From contig CAZQBL010000007.1 of NCBI GenBank assembly GCA_964592105.1, positions 58,013 through 122,012 on the forward strand: DNA of 64,000 nucleotides. The letters run 5' to 3'. Below are positions 62,189-64,000 of this stretch, piece after piece (within the stretch, counting starts at the first letter, position 1; each line of letters opens with the position of its first letter). This DNA comes from an uncultured Gammaproteobacteria bacterium. GTDB lineage: Bacteria > Patescibacteriota > Patescibacteriia > UBA10025 > JAHIVO01. The position numbers were made by a program, and so were the translations under genes. The notes beneath the pieces are model-generated. The model did no database searches, was not told the origin of the DNA, and worked only from the letters and a program-made list of their open reading frames with translations.

Positions 62189-63712
62189 TCAACTTGAGAA
62201 ACGAGATTTTTCAGTTATTTTCAAAAAGCTCTTTCTAAAAAGTATAAATATCAAAATTCCATAACCTACTACTAGCCACCACCAACTGATATTGCCAATT
62301 GAAAATGAGGCGAAATTTAACGTTGAAAATTTTTCCACAATAAATATTATATAACTTAAGATTGTCCAGACAATCCAGGCGGAAATATGTCCCGCCGGAA
62401 GCCAGACCAGAGATAATAATCCGGTCATAAACCCAAAACCCATGGCTACTGGTATAGCCGGCAAAATCAAAACATTGACCAAGGGTGCGACTAAAGAAAA
62501 TCTCCCGAACTGCCACAGAATCAAAGGCGTGGTCATGATAATAGCGGACAAAGTCGCGGTCAGAGTCTGCCTGATCTCCAAAATTTGCGGCAGCCAAGAC
62601 AACCATCGTTCTAAAAACGGCGAGAGATAAACCAAACCAATAGTCGCCAGAAACGACAATTGAAATCCCGTGTCAAAAAATAATACTTTAGGATTAATCA
62701 GAACCATGATCCCCGCCGTTACCGCCAGCGCGTTAGTTATCCGGCTCAAACGCCCCAGTTGCCTAGCTAGTAAAACCAGCATACCCATAATCCCCGCCCG
62801 CACCACCGAGGCCTGGGCTCCGGTCATCAAGACAAAGAAAACAATGGCGCCCAGCGATACCCAAAATGATTTTTTCCGAGAAATCCACAAAGACCTACAC
62901 ACACTCAATATCAAAACCCCAATAATAGTAATGTTATAACCGGACAAAGCCACAATGTGGGTAGTGCCGGTGCGGTTGAAACTGGCCATCAGATCATCGG
63001 GAATGGATTTTTTGGTCCCCAAAATCAAGCCGCCCAGAAAAGAGGCCTGCGGTTCTGGCAGGACCTGTCCAATAGCTTGCATAAATTGGTTTTTAACCGA
63101 CAGTAGTCCGGACATAATCAAATTGCCCTGATCGTGCGCCAAAACCTTAATTTCTGGACGGTAACAAACCGAATAGATGCCGTATCTAGCTAAATATTTA
63201 TCATAGGCAAAATCTCGCTGTCCTGCCTCTGACTCAAAAGTCAAAGCTACCGGCGTCTGGAGTTGACATTTAATATCCAGTAAATCACCATAGCGGTATT
63301 CGGGATACAAATTTGTTTTAACCAAAACCTTGCCCGTAACAAACGCGGGCATATTGGCCAAGCCCCTCACAATATTTGTCGTCAACTTGACATGATCTTT
63401 TCTGACATCCGGCTCCGCACTAACGAGACCGGCCCAGCTGACCTCCTTATTATTATAAAACTGAATGTTTTGAGTCGTCAGCCTAGGTACGGAAAAATCA
63501 TATCTGAAAACACCCAGACCGAAAAAGATAAGCAAAAAACCTATTAAACGACCACGGTGGTTTTGCCAAAAAAACGTAATGACTAAAATGCCCACCAAGC
63601 ATAGGGCGTAAATTGCAAGAAACGAAGTCGGCACCACAGACCCAAAACCCACGCCGATAATAAAAGCCAGAGATATGATTAAGAATAATTTTGGTCTGGA
63701 TCGTGTCGTCAT
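62189..63712 (-). CDS. comEC: ComEC/Rec2 competence channel (DUF4131 + competence domain)
   Basis: GTTHIVALSGYN, SVVRAGIM, GFQLSFLAT; start taken at MTTRSR. Confidence 0.93.
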   Translation of the reverse strand: MTTRSRPKLFLIISLAFIIGVGFGSVVPTSFLAIYALCLVGILVITFFWQNHRGRLIGFLLIFFGLGVFRYDFSVPRLTTQNIQFYNNKEVSWAGLVSAEPDVRKDHVKLTTNIVRGLANMPAFVTGKVLVKTNLYPEYRYGDLLDIKCQLQTPVALTFESEAGQRDFAYDKYLARYGIYSVCYRPEIKVLAHDQGNLIMSGLLSVKNQFMQAIGQVLPEPQASFLGGLILGTKKSIPDDLMASFNRTGTTHIVALSGYNITIIGVLILSVCRSLWISRKKSFWVSLGAIVFFVLMTGAQASVVRAGIMGMLVLLARQLGRLSRITNALAVTAGIMVLINPKVLFFDTGFQLSFLATIGLVYLSPFLERWLSWLPQILEIRQTLTATLSAIIMTTPLILWQFGRFSLVAPLVNVLILPAIPVAMGFGFMTGLLSLVWLPAGHISAWIVWTILSYIIFIVEKFSTLNFASFSIGNISWWWLVVGYGILIFILFRKSFLKITEKSRFSS

Positions 63713-64000
63713 AAACCGATACAATCAATCTCAATTAAAAAATTATCAATTCCCGGCGCTAGAATAAAGATAATCCATGGGCTTAGACACTAACCCTGCG
63801 TGTATGGAATTTTGGTGGATGTAATTTAATTTATGCCGCATTTTTCTAGGAGGATATATATTGAAGTAGTAAAATGTTTTTTCCTATATTTTATTGACTG
63901 AAAGAATGTGGACAATCCTATTATTAATCCCATAATGGACATCGGGCAGCGACGAGTCCTTGCTCACTGCTTTGGAATAGAGCGAAAATGAGAGCTTTCG

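Overview
Chromosomal window from a low-GC bacterium that I infer to be Patescibacteria/CPR (Parcubacteria/ABY1-like), using genetic code 11. The inference rests on GlyQS, type-2 IleRS, a split comEC, a CPR-type pilin, FG-GAP surface proteins and a long tmRNA tag. Housekeeping content: UvrD-PD-(D/E)XK helicase-nuclease, a complete H+-type F1Fo atp operon followed by two beta-carbonic-anhydrase-like genes, rmuC, tatD, metG, rsmI, glyQS, a membrane-anchored Clp ATPase, pgpA/pgsA-like, tgt, recO, ileS, argS, smpB-tmRNA, infC-rpmI-rplT, tRNA-Asp, large surface proteins, an SPFH operon, and an FBP aldolase/phosphatase inserted between the comEC halves. No CRISPR array, prophage or intact transposase was seen. 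The unexplained structure is at small scale. (1) Miniature repeat/palindrome relics occupy almost every atp spacer and sit in frame inside aminoacyl-tRNA synthetase genes, alongside three dead GIY-YIG nucleases. (2) metG has a duplicated 5' end that differs mostly at synonymous sites. (3) An MFS gene is preceded by a leader peptide with a terminator/antiterminator switch. (4) tRNA-Asp is enclosed in an extended stem. (5) Core genes look leaderless while accessory genes carry strong SD sites. (6) Many accessory genes are eroding into pseudogenes. All family assignments come from motif recognition by eye; no searches were run.
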